Below, one piece after another: positions 17,352-25,866 of a stretch of DNA of 64,000 nt. A model generated the notes under the pieces. The model made no database searches. It had not been told where the DNA came from and saw only the letters and a program-made list of their open reading frames with translations. Position 1 is the stretch's first letter, and each line of letters begins with the position of its first letter. This stretch comes from an uncultured Eubacteriales bacterium (GTDB lineage: Bacteria; Bacillota; Clostridia; Oscillospirales; Acutalibacteraceae), in the NCBI GenBank assembly GCA_964557975.1, contig CAZLCG010000003.1, positions 2,239 through 66,238 of the forward strand, read 5' to 3'. A program made the position numbers and the translations under genes.

Positions 17352-19178
17352 CTATATTTTCTCAATGTTGCATCCGTAAGAGCTGTTGACCATTTTTATT
17401 GTGTTGTTAAGGCTATTCCTTATCCCATCAATCTCTTGCAGCTTCGATTCGTCATTTTCAAAATTTTTTTCCGCGTTGCTTAAAGCCAACGAAAACTCTT
17501 TGAAATATTCTGACATTTCATTTTCGTCAATCTTATTTGTTTTGATTTGGAAGTCAGCGCGATTTTCTTCTAAGATATAAGCCAACCTTTTAAGTGTTTG
17601 TATCGTTACGCTGTCGTACATTTCCGCATCGCTGGTGACAAGTGATAATAAATTTTTGTTGGTAACCCAAAATGAATAATACGGATCTTCAATGGTGTTA
17701 TCATCAAGTATCCCGTACGCTCCCGCATACCTTGCAGCTTCATCAAACTGAAATTCATCGCTGTCATCATTGTTAAATTTATCCTTATGATTTTGAAAAT
17801 ATGATAACAGATAATATGACTTGACTAGGTTATATTTTTTTTCGGATAAGCCTCCGTATTCAACATCGCTTTCTTCAGCAGACAGAATTATGTTTCTAAA
17901 ATACTCCTCCGCCTTTTTTTCACCGATGTACGATTGGTCTGACGCATCCTTAAAATCATTCCAATAAGCTCTTCCGACTTCATACAAGACCGAAATATAT
18001 GTTTCGAGCGAACTTTCTTTTAATTCGCTCAGATTTTCGGTTTCTATACATTTTTTTATACTGCTTTCAACTATTGCGCCCGCAGGGAGGGTTTCGGCAT
18101 CATAACCCTCAGGCATAGATGAATATATAACCGAAACATCTTTTTTCAGCTTGTTTGCAAATCCGATATATGCATCTGTTTTACTGTTATCTATTTCTAT
18201 TGCAGACTGATAGCCCTCAAAAGTATTAAGGTCAACATATGCTTGATAGTTGTTATTTTTTACAGAATTTGCTCCTGTCAAAAAGCCAACAGATAAAACA
18301 GTAAAAACGAAAGTAAGGACCGTAACAGCCAAGAACTGATTTATACGTGATTTTAATTTTTTCTTATATGCGCCTTCAAATTTTTCCAAATTCTCAAGGA
18401 CATATGTTACTTCCGCAAACGACTGATACCTGTCTTTCGGATTCAGCTGCGTACACTTTTGTATAAGCCATTCCAAACCACTTGACAATGAAGGGTCCCA
18501 ATGCCTTATCGGATAAATCTCATACGGCGGCTCTGACGGGTTTTTTCCTGTAACAAGATGATAAAGCGTAACTCCGAAGCTGTAAATATCCGTTCTTGCG
18601 TCAGTCTGCCCCTTTCCTCCGAACTGTTCCGGCGCCGCATAACCCCTTGTGCCAATCCACTCGGTATCGCCCTCCTGCCCCTCCTTATATTCGCGTGCAA
18701 TACCGAAATCAAAGAGTCGTATTGTTCCATCCGGTTTGAGCATTATGTTGGCAGGCTTCATATCGCGATAGATTACAGGCGGATTTTGAGTGTGTAAATA
18801 GTCAAGCACCTCGCTGAGTTGTTTTGCCCATTCTATAACGGCATCCTGCGGTTGAGCGCCATATGCGGAAAGCACCTTGTTTAGCGGTTCGCCTTCTATA
18901 TAGTCCATTACAATGTATACGCTTTTATTTTCCTCAATAATATCAACTATTCTGGGTAATGTCGGATGATCGAGCTTTTTCATTATATTTGCTTCGTGCA
19001 GTAATGCTTCCAAATTCATCTTATTAACGGCATCGTGCTCATCCTTACGGAACTCTTTTATTGCCCATTGTCTGTTAAGGCGCTTATCCATTGCCAAATA
19101 AACAACAGACATACCGCCTCTTCCGATTTCACGGATGATTTCGTATTTACCATCAATAACATCATTAATATGAGCCAA
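17352..19178 (-). CDS. Transmembrane Hanks-type Ser/Thr kinase with an unassigned ~300-aa extracytoplasmic helical domain
   Basis: GRGGMSVVY...WAIKE; YRDMKPANIML; DFGIA; GTRGYAAPEQ; TM FLAVTVLTFVFTVLSVGFLTGA. TTG start with GGGAGA upstream. Confidence 0.85.
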   Translation of the reverse strand: MAHINDVIDGKYEIIREIGRGGMSVVYLAMDKRLNRQWAIKEFRKDEHDAVNKMNLEALLHEANIMKKLDHPTLPRIVDIIEENKSVYIVMDYIEGEPLNKVLSAYGAQPQDAVIEWAKQLSEVLDYLHTQNPPVIYRDMKPANIMLKPDGTIRLFDFGIAREYKEGQEGDTEWIGTRGYAAPEQFGGKGQTDARTDIYSFGVTLYHLVTGKNPSEPPYEIYPIRHWDPSLSSGLEWLIQKCTQLNPKDRYQSFAEVTYVLENLEKFEGAYKKKLKSRINQFLAVTVLTFVFTVLSVGFLTGANSVKNNNYQAYVDLNTFEGYQSAIEIDNSKTDAYIGFANKLKKDVSVIYSSMPEGYDAETLPAGAIVESSIKKCIETENLSELKESSLETYISVLYEVGRAYWNDFKDASDQSYIGEKKAEEYFRNIILSAEESDVEYGGLSEKKYNLVKSYYLLSYFQNHKDKFNNDDSDEFQFDEAARYAGAYGILDDNTIEDPYYSFWVTNKNLLSLVTSDAEMYDSVTIQTLKRLAYILEENRADFQIKTNKIDENEMSEYFKEFSLALSNAEKNFENDESKLQEIDGIRNSLNNTIKMVNSSYGCNIEKI

Positions 19179-19196
19179 AATAATTTCTCCCTACAA

Positions 19197-19967
19197 TCAG
19201 TAAATTGTTTTAATCAATATTGCCGTTATGTTATCTTTCTCGTTTCTCTTCTTGTTAAGATTTACTAAATCAACAAGACTTTTTCTCATTATTCTCTCAC
19301 TTGACATAAGCTCAGGCGCTAAAACGCCGAATATCTCTTCGCTCGAGATCTCATGTCTAAATCCGTCACAACACAATAAAAACTCATCATTTTCTCTTAT
19401 ATCACCTGTTTTAAATTCACAGTCTATATTTTTTGACGCGCCTATACATTGAAGCAATATATTCTTTCTTTTATCTGTCTTAGCTTGATCCGCAGTCATT
19501 CTGTTATGAACCACCTCATTAGCTACAAAGGTGTGATCGGTTGTTATTTGTTCAATGCTATTGTTTAACCTATATATTCTTGTATCACCGATGTGAATTA
19601 AAATAAATTTATTATTAACGCACAAAATTGCGGAAAGGGTCGTTCCTAAGGAAATACCTCTTGCGTTTCCGTATTCCGATATTTTTTCACTCTGTGAAAT
19701 CGCTATACTGTTCCATTGCTTCTTTATCACTTCAAAATCCAAGCCTGTTTTTAATGCTTCTGGGAACACCTGTTCAAACCAATTTGAAAAAGCGTTAACA
19801 ACAAACGCACTCGCAAGTTCCCCGTTTTTAAGGCCTCCCATCCCGTCGCACAAAACAACAAACGCAATATTATACCTTGATGTTTTTGCAATCTTCAATG
19901 TAAATGAATCCTGATTTATTTTTTTTACTAACCCTATATCTGTATGGGCGGCAGATAAATATCTCAT
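19197..19967 (-). CDS. PP2C-family Ser/Thr phosphatase (paralogue 1)
   Basis: VVLCDGMGGLKNGELAS, LLCCDGF and DNITAILIK motifs. Confidence 0.85.
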   Translation of the reverse strand: MRYLSAAHTDIGLVKKINQDSFTLKIAKTSRYNIAFVVLCDGMGGLKNGELASAFVVNAFSNWFEQVFPEALKTGLDFEVIKKQWNSIAISQSEKISEYGNARGISLGTTLSAILCVNNKFILIHIGDTRIYRLNNSIEQITTDHTFVANEVVHNRMTADQAKTDKRKNILLQCIGASKNIDCEFKTGDIRENDEFLLCCDGFRHEISSEEIFGVLAPELMSSERIMRKSLVDLVNLNKKRNEKDNITAILIKTIY

Positions 19968-19981
19968 TATACAGTCCTCAC

Positions 19982-20524
19982 TTATTCTTCAATATAAAAT
20001 TGATACAGCTCATCTCCGAAAGCAATTAAATCACCGTTATCAATTGAAATCATTTTCATAGGTTCAATCGTTGCGCCTTCAACTTGAGTTCCGTTTGTCG
20101 ACCCATTATCAGTAATATAAAATTCATCGGGTCCTTTTATAAAAATCGAAGCGTGGTTATTACTTATGCTTGATTTGCAAATTCTGAAATCCGCATTGTT
20201 TCCGCTGCCTACAGTAAAAATTTGCTTATAAATTCTAACTTTTTCTCCTGATAACGGATTTATAATAAATATATTGCTTGAAGATTTTGCAGCATTTTTT
20301 TCGATTGCTTTTGTTTCAATATTATTAAGCAAAACCGTTTCGTCAGAATTACTCAAATCATTACCGTTAAGCAGAACAGTTTCTCCGAAATTCTCACTTA
20401 CAAAACCGTTTAATTTGACAGTATCGTCAAAATTGTTATTATAATAAGAGGAAACATTTTCAGAATTATGATCAGCGCCCGAATTTTTTTGTTTTTTTGA
20501 AAATAAGTTCTTAAACATATTCAT
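19982..20524 (-). CDS. FHA domain protein (disordered N-terminus, C-terminal FHA)
   Basis: FTVGSGNNADFRI...ISNNHASIF...DNGSTNGTQVEG. Confidence 0.8.
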   Translation of the reverse strand: MNMFKNLFSKKQKNSGADHNSENVSSYYNNNFDDTVKLNGFVSENFGETVLLNGNDLSNSDETVLLNNIETKAIEKNAAKSSSNIFIINPLSGEKVRIYKQIFTVGSGNNADFRICKSSISNNHASIFIKGPDEFYITDNGSTNGTQVEGATIEPMKMISIDNGDLIAFGDELYQFYIEE

Positions 20525-20565
20525 ATTTCACTCTTAAACACAAAAAATTAAGATACAGACAAGGA

Positions 20566-20594
20566 AAATACATTTCGTAGAACTGCAAGTTCTG
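20566..20594. repeat. Left 29-bp inverted repeat (IRL) bracketing the recombinase segment
   Basis: AAATACATTTCGTAGAACTGCAAGTTCTG. Its reverse complement matches 21966..21994 at 28/29 positions. Confidence 0.9.
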
Positions 20595-20595
20595 T

Positions 20596-20637
20596 AATAA
20601 AAAAACGAAGATGCCGAAAATAACAACATCCTCGTTT
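20596..20637 (-). terminator. Rho-independent terminator directly after the recombinase gene and just inside IRL
   Basis: Minus-strand RNA AAACGAGGAUG-13 nt loop-CAUCUUCGUUU, followed by UUUUAUUA. The stem is 11 bp with one G-U pair. Confidence 0.75.
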
Positions 20638-20642
20638 ACCTT

Positions 20643-20662
20643 GACCATATTTTTGACCATAA
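20643..20662 (+). promoter_or_regulatory. Paired GACCAT motifs 12 nt apart (possible arm-type recombinase binding sites), left set
   Basis: GACCATATTTTTGACCATAA. The same arrangement recurs at 21806..21825. Confidence 0.35.
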
Positions 20663-20672
20663 ATATACTAAA

Positions 20673-21764
20673 TTACGCTATAAGATTATTCAACTTTTCG
20701 ATTTGTGACTTTTTTAATTTTATTGATGAATGAACATAGGTATTCAATGTAATCGAAACATTAGAGTGCCCCAAAATTTCACTGAGTGATTTTATGTCAA
20801 CTCCGCATTCAATACATCTGGTTGCAAAAGAATGTCTTAAAGCGTGGTAATTGATATCCTTTATTCCCGCTCTTTTTAAAATCTTATGATACCTGTATTC
20901 ATAAGTCCTTTTCTTTACAAATTCATTTTTTGTTGAAATTACATATGGCGATTCGCTTGTCTTTTTCATCTCGGAAAGTTTAACAAACAGCTTATTTATT
21001 ATTGGTACAAGCCTTACTGAGGCATCTGTTTTTGCCGCACTGATTTCATCATGACTCTTACCGTTTTTGTCATTAACTCTGATTACCGTTGATTTAACTT
21101 TTATAACTTGATTTTCAAAGTCGATATCGCTCCACTTCAGCGCGCAAATTTCTCCTATGCGCAGACCCGTATAAAGTGAGATATATATGCCAAGCGCCGT
21201 ATAATCAAAATTACTCAGTAAGTATTTTTCCAATAAAGCATACTCTGTTGTTGATAATATACGCAATTCCTGCTTTTGCTGTTTAGGCAGATGAATGTCA
21301 AAATTAGAAATAAAAATGAAGTTTTCTTTAATACCGAGCTCCAAAGCGGATTTGATAATAATTGCCATTGTCCGAACATAAGAGTTTGAAAGATAATTGG
21401 TTTTTTCGTCTATAAATTTATTAATCATTACTGATGAAATTCTGCTTATCTTTACTTTTCCCAGATCCGGCTTAATATGCTTATTTATAAGAAAAGCATA
21501 TTTATCCTGTGTTGTTTGCCTGTTTTTTGAACAATTAAATTCGAGCCAATAGTAAAGCAAATCTTCAAAAGTATTGATTATATTTTGACTTTTGACTTTG
21601 GAACATCTCGTTTTTTCTATGTCAAGCTTTCTTTTGGTTTCAGAATAAGTCTTGCTGTAAACTGATTTATACAACGCTTTACCGGTTTCGCTGTAGGAAT
21701 ATATATATCTGCCTTCCCATCTTCCGTCGTTTCTTTTATAAATGTTTTCACCATGTCTGGGCAT
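20673..21764 (-). CDS. Tyrosine recombinase / site-specific integrase with an N-terminal arm-type DNA-binding domain
   Basis: N-terminus IYKRNDGRWEGRY. Catalytic region LYTGLRIGEICALKWSDIDF ... HALRHSFATRCIE ... LGHSNVSITLNTYVH (R..HxxR..H..Y). ATG 21764 has GGGAG upstream. The ORF track starts at GTG 21773. Confidence 0.85.
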   Translation of the reverse strand: MPRHGENIYKRNDGRWEGRYIYSYSETGKALYKSVYSKTYSETKRKLDIEKTRCSKVKSQNIINTFEDLLYYWLEFNCSKNRQTTQDKYAFLINKHIKPDLGKVKISRISSVMINKFIDEKTNYLSNSYVRTMAIIIKSALELGIKENFIFISNFDIHLPKQQKQELRILSTTEYALLEKYLLSNFDYTALGIYISLYTGLRIGEICALKWSDIDFENQVIKVKSTVIRVNDKNGKSHDEISAAKTDASVRLVPIINKLFVKLSEMKKTSESPYVISTKNEFVKKRTYEYRYHKILKRAGIKDINYHALRHSFATRCIECGVDIKSLSEILGHSNVSITLNTYVHSSIKLKKSQIEKLNNLIA

Positions 21765-21805
21765 ATACCTCACACTCCCATTTATTTAATAACCGTTTAT
21801 AAAGC

Positions 21806-21825
21806 GACCATAAAAATGACCAAGA
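21806..21825 (+). promoter_or_regulatory. Paired GACCA(T/A) motifs 12 nt apart, right set
   Basis: GACCATAAAAATGACCAAGA, in the same orientation and spacing as the left set. Confidence 0.35.
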
Positions 21826-21905
21826 ATATGATAAAATCGTTAATTTAAAAACGGCTTACATTGATTTTATTTGATTTTGCCGACCGATAAATTATTAAAT
21901 ATATA

Positions 21906-21935
21906 TTGACATATAATAAAAACATATGATAAAAT
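21906..21935 (+). promoter_or_regulatory. Sigma-A-like promoter facing outward across IRR: TTGACA, 18-nt spacer, extended -10 TGATAAAAT
   Basis: Read directly. It lies about 30 nt inside IRR and points away from the recombinase gene. The region is AT-rich, so a chance match is possible. Confidence 0.45.
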
Positions 21936-21965
21936 ATGACAAAATAATACAGATTTATATGCGTT

Positions 21966-21994
21966 CAGAACTTGCAGTTCTACGAAATATATTT
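21966..21994. repeat. Right 29-bp inverted repeat (IRR)
   Basis: CAGAACTTGCAGTTCTACGAAATATATTT. Confidence 0.9.
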
Positions 21995-22102
21995 ATGTTT
22001 TCAACGTAAGCGTGAATGTCACTGAAGCGGTTATAAATTATGCGATTATACCCCTCGTAATTACAGTATATTCAGCGGTGAATTTTTCAAAAATTTTACT
22101 GA

Positions 22103-22140
22103 CCTCCCGAAAGATGTAAAATAAAACAGCTTTCGGGAGG
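22103..22140 (-). terminator. Hairpin terminator after the LRR protein gene (11-bp stem CCTCCCGAAAG/CTTTCGGGAGG)
   Basis: Perfect inverted repeat with U-rich sequence on both sides. Confidence 0.6.
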
Positions 22141-22218
22141 CTAATTTTATGTCCGATATAAATAAATAAGTTTAATAAAAATATGACATACCTTTTATAT
22201 GAAAATAACGATGACCGA

Positions 22219-25200
22219 TTACGCCACGCCGTACCAGCCGATGCCTTCATATCTCCAGCCGTAGGAAACAAGGCGGTCGTTTTCTGTCTTGCTTGCCGTG
22301 TAGTTGTGGTTGTTCGCAAAAGCGTTCGGGTTATACTGTCTGTAAATCGGAACGCCCTGCGCGTCATCCGAATTCCAGCCGATACCCTCATAATTCCAGC
22401 CGAGCGAAACGAGCCTGTCTCTTTCGGTTACGCTTGCAGTGTAATGATGCTCGCCGCCGTTCTTGTTGTACAGTCTGTAAACGGGAGTTGCAGACTTCGA
22501 GGGCGCGTACCAGCCTATACCTTCATAATTCCAGCCGAGCGAAACAAGATTGTCTTTCTCGCCTACGTTCGACGTATAGAAATGCTCGCCCGAATTGGGA
22601 TTGTAAAGGCGGTACATCGCGATCCTTTTAACAAGCGAATTAAGCGCGTCGGTTATCGCTTCGGTCTGCGCGTCGATTTCCTCCTGCGAAGCGCTGCTTA
22701 CATCGACCGCCAAAGCGCTGTCGAGAGCCGCAAGGCTTTCAGCCGTATATTGGCTCCTGTCTATCGCGTTCGCCTGTTTGACTGCCTTGTCATATTCAGC
22801 AAAATAAACAGTATCTTCGCAAATCACAAATGTTCCGAGCTTACTGACGCTGAAGCATATCTTTCCGTCGTTAAGACTGCATTCAACCGTTTCCCATGAG
22901 CCCGATTCGTTAAGCGCTGCAACCGTAGCTTTTTCAAGGTCACAATCGATTTGAACCTCGACCATACCCGTCGGCTGTATTTCTTCGCCGTCGCTGTATA
23001 GGGTAATTTCATATTGCTCATAGCTGACCATAGTGCTTCCGTCGTCAAGCAATATTGACTGAGCATTGCCGTTAACAACCTTATGACTTTCCATTACCGC
23101 ATTTGCGGGAGCTTTGCTCAGCGTGTCGAGAGTTACAAATTCATTTTTTAAAACAGTATTTGAGGAATATTTCACAGGAGTATAGCATCCGAATTTGACG
23201 CCGCCCGTCATTCTTTCCCTAATATCGTTTATATCATTTATGAAATCCTGAACCTCCTGAACAAGGAAAATAGATTTTAACACCAGCCCTACCGGTCCCG
23301 CCGCTTTTTCAAACAAGCCTTCGGCAATCCCCGCACCCGATCCGAATACCGTTTTAAGCAGACCGTCCAAATCCAAATCCATTTCCTCAAAAACATCCTC
23401 TAAATCCAGCAAAACTCCGGTTGTGAGTGTGTTTATGCTTGCTTCGGTCATGTTTTCGTATAATTTTTTCGTATACTTTTCCTGTATTTTATCGCCTATT
23501 TTAATATATTCTTCACTTGCCAGCCATTTAGCGAAAACGGCGGCTTTGATCTCCCCTATACTGTCCTCGTTAAAGCTGTCCACGCCTTTTACAAAGCTTT
23601 TTATATCATCGCTTAAAGATAATCCCGTAAACAATAGATCGATCATATTATCAATAAGACAGCTCTTTGAAGAGGTTATGTCGGCGGTTATTTTAATCAT
23701 ACCGTCCTGCGGCACATAAAGATCCTTTATTTCCGTGCATTTTGAGGTTGCTTCGCTCCTGAATGAAAACGTATCGCCCTCCACAGCGTCCTTAATAATC
23801 GTATAACCTGCCTCAAAGGTCTCGTATATGCCCTTTGTAAGAGACTCAAACTTTTGAATGTCTTTAACATTTATAAGCTTTCCGTCCGCATCGTATACCT
23901 CAACTACGCCGTTGCAATAATTTTCGTTATAAAGGTTCATCGAGAAGTTGTAGCCGCCCGAAACCTCTTTATATTCAAAGTCCGCGATATATATGCCGTC
24001 GACATATCCGTTATATGTATCCGTTTCCCATGCACACTTATATGTTTTTACAGGGACATTGTCAGCTCGCAATCCCGCCTTTGAATCCTCCGCGACGCTT
24101 ATCGGTATTTTTCTGACCTCTCCCGTTTCGGTATTATTTATCGTTACCGTTGCCGCTCCCGCCGAAACAGCCTCAAAAATAATGTATTTACATTTTTTCA
24201 TTGCTTCGAACGTTTGCCGTAAAAGCGGAAGATCCGAAAAATCGTACATATCTTTATATTTCAGAACAGTCGAGTCCGATGAATATACCACAAGCCCCTC
24301 GGGCAAAAATTCCTCACCGTCTTGAAAATCCGAAACGCAAACGGCAACGGCGTCTCCGACATAATACGAAAGGCTGCTGTTGTTTATTATAATTCTCATT
24401 CCGTCCGATTGTTCGGAAAACGAATTATAATGTATCTCAGCGTTTATCAGGCACTCGTTATTACTGCCAATAGATATATTGTTCCATTGTGTTTCTGTTC
24501 CGGCATAATAAACATCCGTTAGCGAGGTGCAACCGAGGAAAGCCTCATCTCCTATACTCGTCACGCTGTCGGGTATTGTTACGCTTTTAAGTGAGGAGCA
24601 ATTGCCGAAAGCCCACGAGCCTATACTCGTCACGCTGTCGGGTATCGTTACGCTTTTAAGCGAGGTACAATTCTCAAAAGCACACCATCCTATACTCGTA
24701 ACGCTATCGGGTATTGTTACGCTTGTAAGCGATGTGCAACCGGAGAAAGTTCGACTCCCTATACTCGTAACGCTGTCGGGGATAGTTACGCTTGCAAGCG
24801 AGGTGCAAGAAGCAAAAGCCCAATCTCCTATACTTGTAACGCTGTCAGGTATTGTTGCGCTTGTAAGTGATTTGCAATAATAGAAAGCCCAATCGGCAAT
24901 TGTAAGTGTTCCCTCTTTAATTTCGCAGCTGCCCGATATATCTGTATAATTTGTTTCAATTAAATAATTACCAATGTACAGTACGCCGTTTTCCCAATTA
25001 TCACTGTTGTTATAGTACGCGGTATTATCGAAAGCATAACTTCCTATGCTCATTACGTTGTCGGGTATTGTTATGCTTTCAAGAGAGGTGCAATACCAGA
25101 AAGCAAAACTTTCTATGTTCGTTACACTGTCAGGTATCGTTACGCTTGTAAGCGATGTGCAATGAGAGAAAGCATATTCTCCTATACTTGTCACGCTGTC

Positions 25201-25866
25201 GGGTATTACATAAGATGTATCCGTTTTGCCCGCAGGATATTGTATAAGCTCTGTTTTATCCTCATTAAATAATACTCCGTTATCACTGCTATAATATTTA
25301 TTATTAACATCAACATTTGTGCTTTTAAGCGAACTGCAATCACAGAAAGCGCTGTCTCCTATCCTCGTTACGCTGTCGGGGATAGTTACGCTTTTAAGTG
25401 ATTTGCAGCCATAGAAAGCCTCATCGGCGATTGTAAGTGTTCCCTCTTTAATTTCGTAACTGCCCGATATATTTGTCTTTGCTTCAATTAAATGATTGCC
25501 TATGTACAGTACGCCGTTTTCCCAATTATCCTCATTGTTATAGTAAGCGGTATCATAGAAAGCACCGATTCCTATACTCGTTACGCTGTTGGGTATCATT
25601 ATGCTTTTAAGCGAGGTGCATCCGGAGAAAGCACCATATGCTATACTCGTAACGGTATATCCGTCTATCGCCGACGGGATAGTCAGTTCCGTTGCCGAGC
25701 CTGTGTAATCAGTGATTCCGCAGGTCTTATCGTCCTCCGACAAAACGGAATACTCATAATCTCCGCTTGTCGCGGCAAACGAAACAACGCCCGCCGTCGG
25801 CACGATTGACAGTACCATAATCACCGCCAAAAGAACCGACAAAATTTTTCTTGATGTTTTTTGCAT
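22219..25866 (-). CDS. Secreted BspA-type leucine-rich-repeat surface protein with a FIVAR-like segment and three C-terminal YRLYNPNxGEHxYT repeats (putative cell-wall anchor)
   Basis: Signal peptide. Many [23 protein letters not shown] units. Also [30 protein letters not shown], and three [14 protein letters not shown]...GWNYEGIGW repeats. ATG 25866 has GGGAGG upstream. Confidence 0.8.
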   Translation of the reverse strand: MQKTSRKILSVLLAVIMVLSIVPTAGVVSFAATSGDYEYSVLSEDDKTCGITDYTGSATELTIPSAIDGYTVTSIAYGAFSGCTSLKSIMIPNSVTSIGIGAFYDTAYYNNEDNWENGVLYIGNHLIEAKTNISGSYEIKEGTLTIADEAFYGCKSLKSVTIPDSVTRIGDSAFCDCSSLKSTNVDVNNKYYSSDNGVLFNEDKTELIQYPAGKTDTSYVIPDSVTSIGEYAFSHCTSLTSVTIPDSVTNIESFAFWYCTSLESITIPDNVMSIGSYAFDNTAYYNNSDNWENGVLYIGNYLIETNYTDISGSCEIKEGTLTIADWAFYYCKSLTSATIPDSVTSIGDWAFASCTSLASVTIPDSVTSIGSRTFSGCTSLTSVTIPDSVTSIGWCAFENCTSLKSVTIPDSVTSIGSWAFGNCSSLKSVTIPDSVTSIGDEAFLGCTSLTDVYYAGTETQWNNISIGSNNECLINAEIHYNSFSEQSDGMRIIINNSSLSYYVGDAVAVCVSDFQDGEEFLPEGLVVYSSDSTVLKYKDMYDFSDLPLLRQTFEAMKKCKYIIFEAVSAGAATVTINNTETGEVRKIPISVAEDSKAGLRADNVPVKTYKCAWETDTYNGYVDGIYIADFEYKEVSGGYNFSMNLYNENYCNGVVEVYDADGKLINVKDIQKFESLTKGIYETFEAGYTIIKDAVEGDTFSFRSEATSKCTEIKDLYVPQDGMIKITADITSSKSCLIDNMIDLLFTGLSLSDDIKSFVKGVDSFNEDSIGEIKAAVFAKWLASEEYIKIGDKIQEKYTKKLYENMTEASINTLTTGVLLDLEDVFEEMDLDLDGLLKTVFGSGAGIAEGLFEKAAGPVGLVLKSIFLVQEVQDFINDINDIRERMTGGVKFGCYTPVKYSSNTVLKNEFVTLDTLSKAPANAVMESHKVVNGNAQSILLDDGSTMVSYEQYEITLYSDGEEIQPTGMVEVQIDCDLEKATVAALNESGSWETVECSLNDGKICFSVSKLGTFVICEDTVYFAEYDKAVKQANAIDRSQYTAESLAALDSALAVDVSSASQEEIDAQTEAITDALNSLVKRIAMYRLYNPNSGEHFYTSNVGEKDNLVSLGWNYEGIGWYAPSKSATPVYRLYNKNGGEHHYTASVTERDRLVSLGWNYEGIGWNSDDAQGVPIYRQYNPNAFANNHNYTASKTENDRLVSYGWRYEGIGWYGVA
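24541..24880. repeat. Tandem 69-nt (23-aa) LRR units conserved at the DNA level
   Basis: Repeated CCTATACTCGT(C/A)ACGCTGTCGGGTAT(T/C)GTTACGCTT... blocks. Confidence 0.8.

Noticed and set aside
1-20524. A type VI or type VII secretion locus, because FHA/STK/PP2C genes usually accompany them.
   Set aside because: No FtsK/EssC-type ATPase, WXG100, TssB/C, Hcp or VgrG-like ORFs appear among the translated frames in view. Such genes could still lie left of the window.
20573-20594. The IR core AGAACT-GCA-AGTTCT is itself a small palindrome, so the match might be only two unrelated hairpins or terminators.
   Set aside because: The identity extends asymmetrically beyond the palindrome (CATTTCGT / ACGAAATG and further) to 28/29 nt. 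A separate canonical terminator sits next to IRL.
20673-21764. The integrase as a marker of a prophage.
   Set aside because: No capsid, terminase, tail, lysis or repressor genes are adjacent. The neighbours are signalling and surface-protein genes.
20566-21994. The inverted repeats as terminal IRs of an IS-like transposon.
   Set aside because: No target-site duplication flanks the IRs (…CAAGGAA | … | ATGTTTT…). The enzyme is a tyrosine recombinase with an arm-binding domain, not a DDE transposase. This reading is not fully excluded.
22038-22899. ORFs 22038..22391(-), 22183..22899(+) and 22293..22631(+), plus many similar antisense or out-of-frame ORFs elsewhere (for example 3160..3543, 14150..14518, 28058..28477, 53719..54180).
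   Set aside because: They overlap much longer ORFs with clear homology motifs and have low-complexity or Arg/Cys-rich compositions typical of wrong-frame translation.
24541-24880. Regularly spaced repeats that could be mistaken for a CRISPR array; the same applies to the repeats at 10498-12506.
   Set aside because: They lie inside long open reading frames, have no unique spacers of constant length, and translate to LRR or Ig-like modules. No cas genes are in the window.
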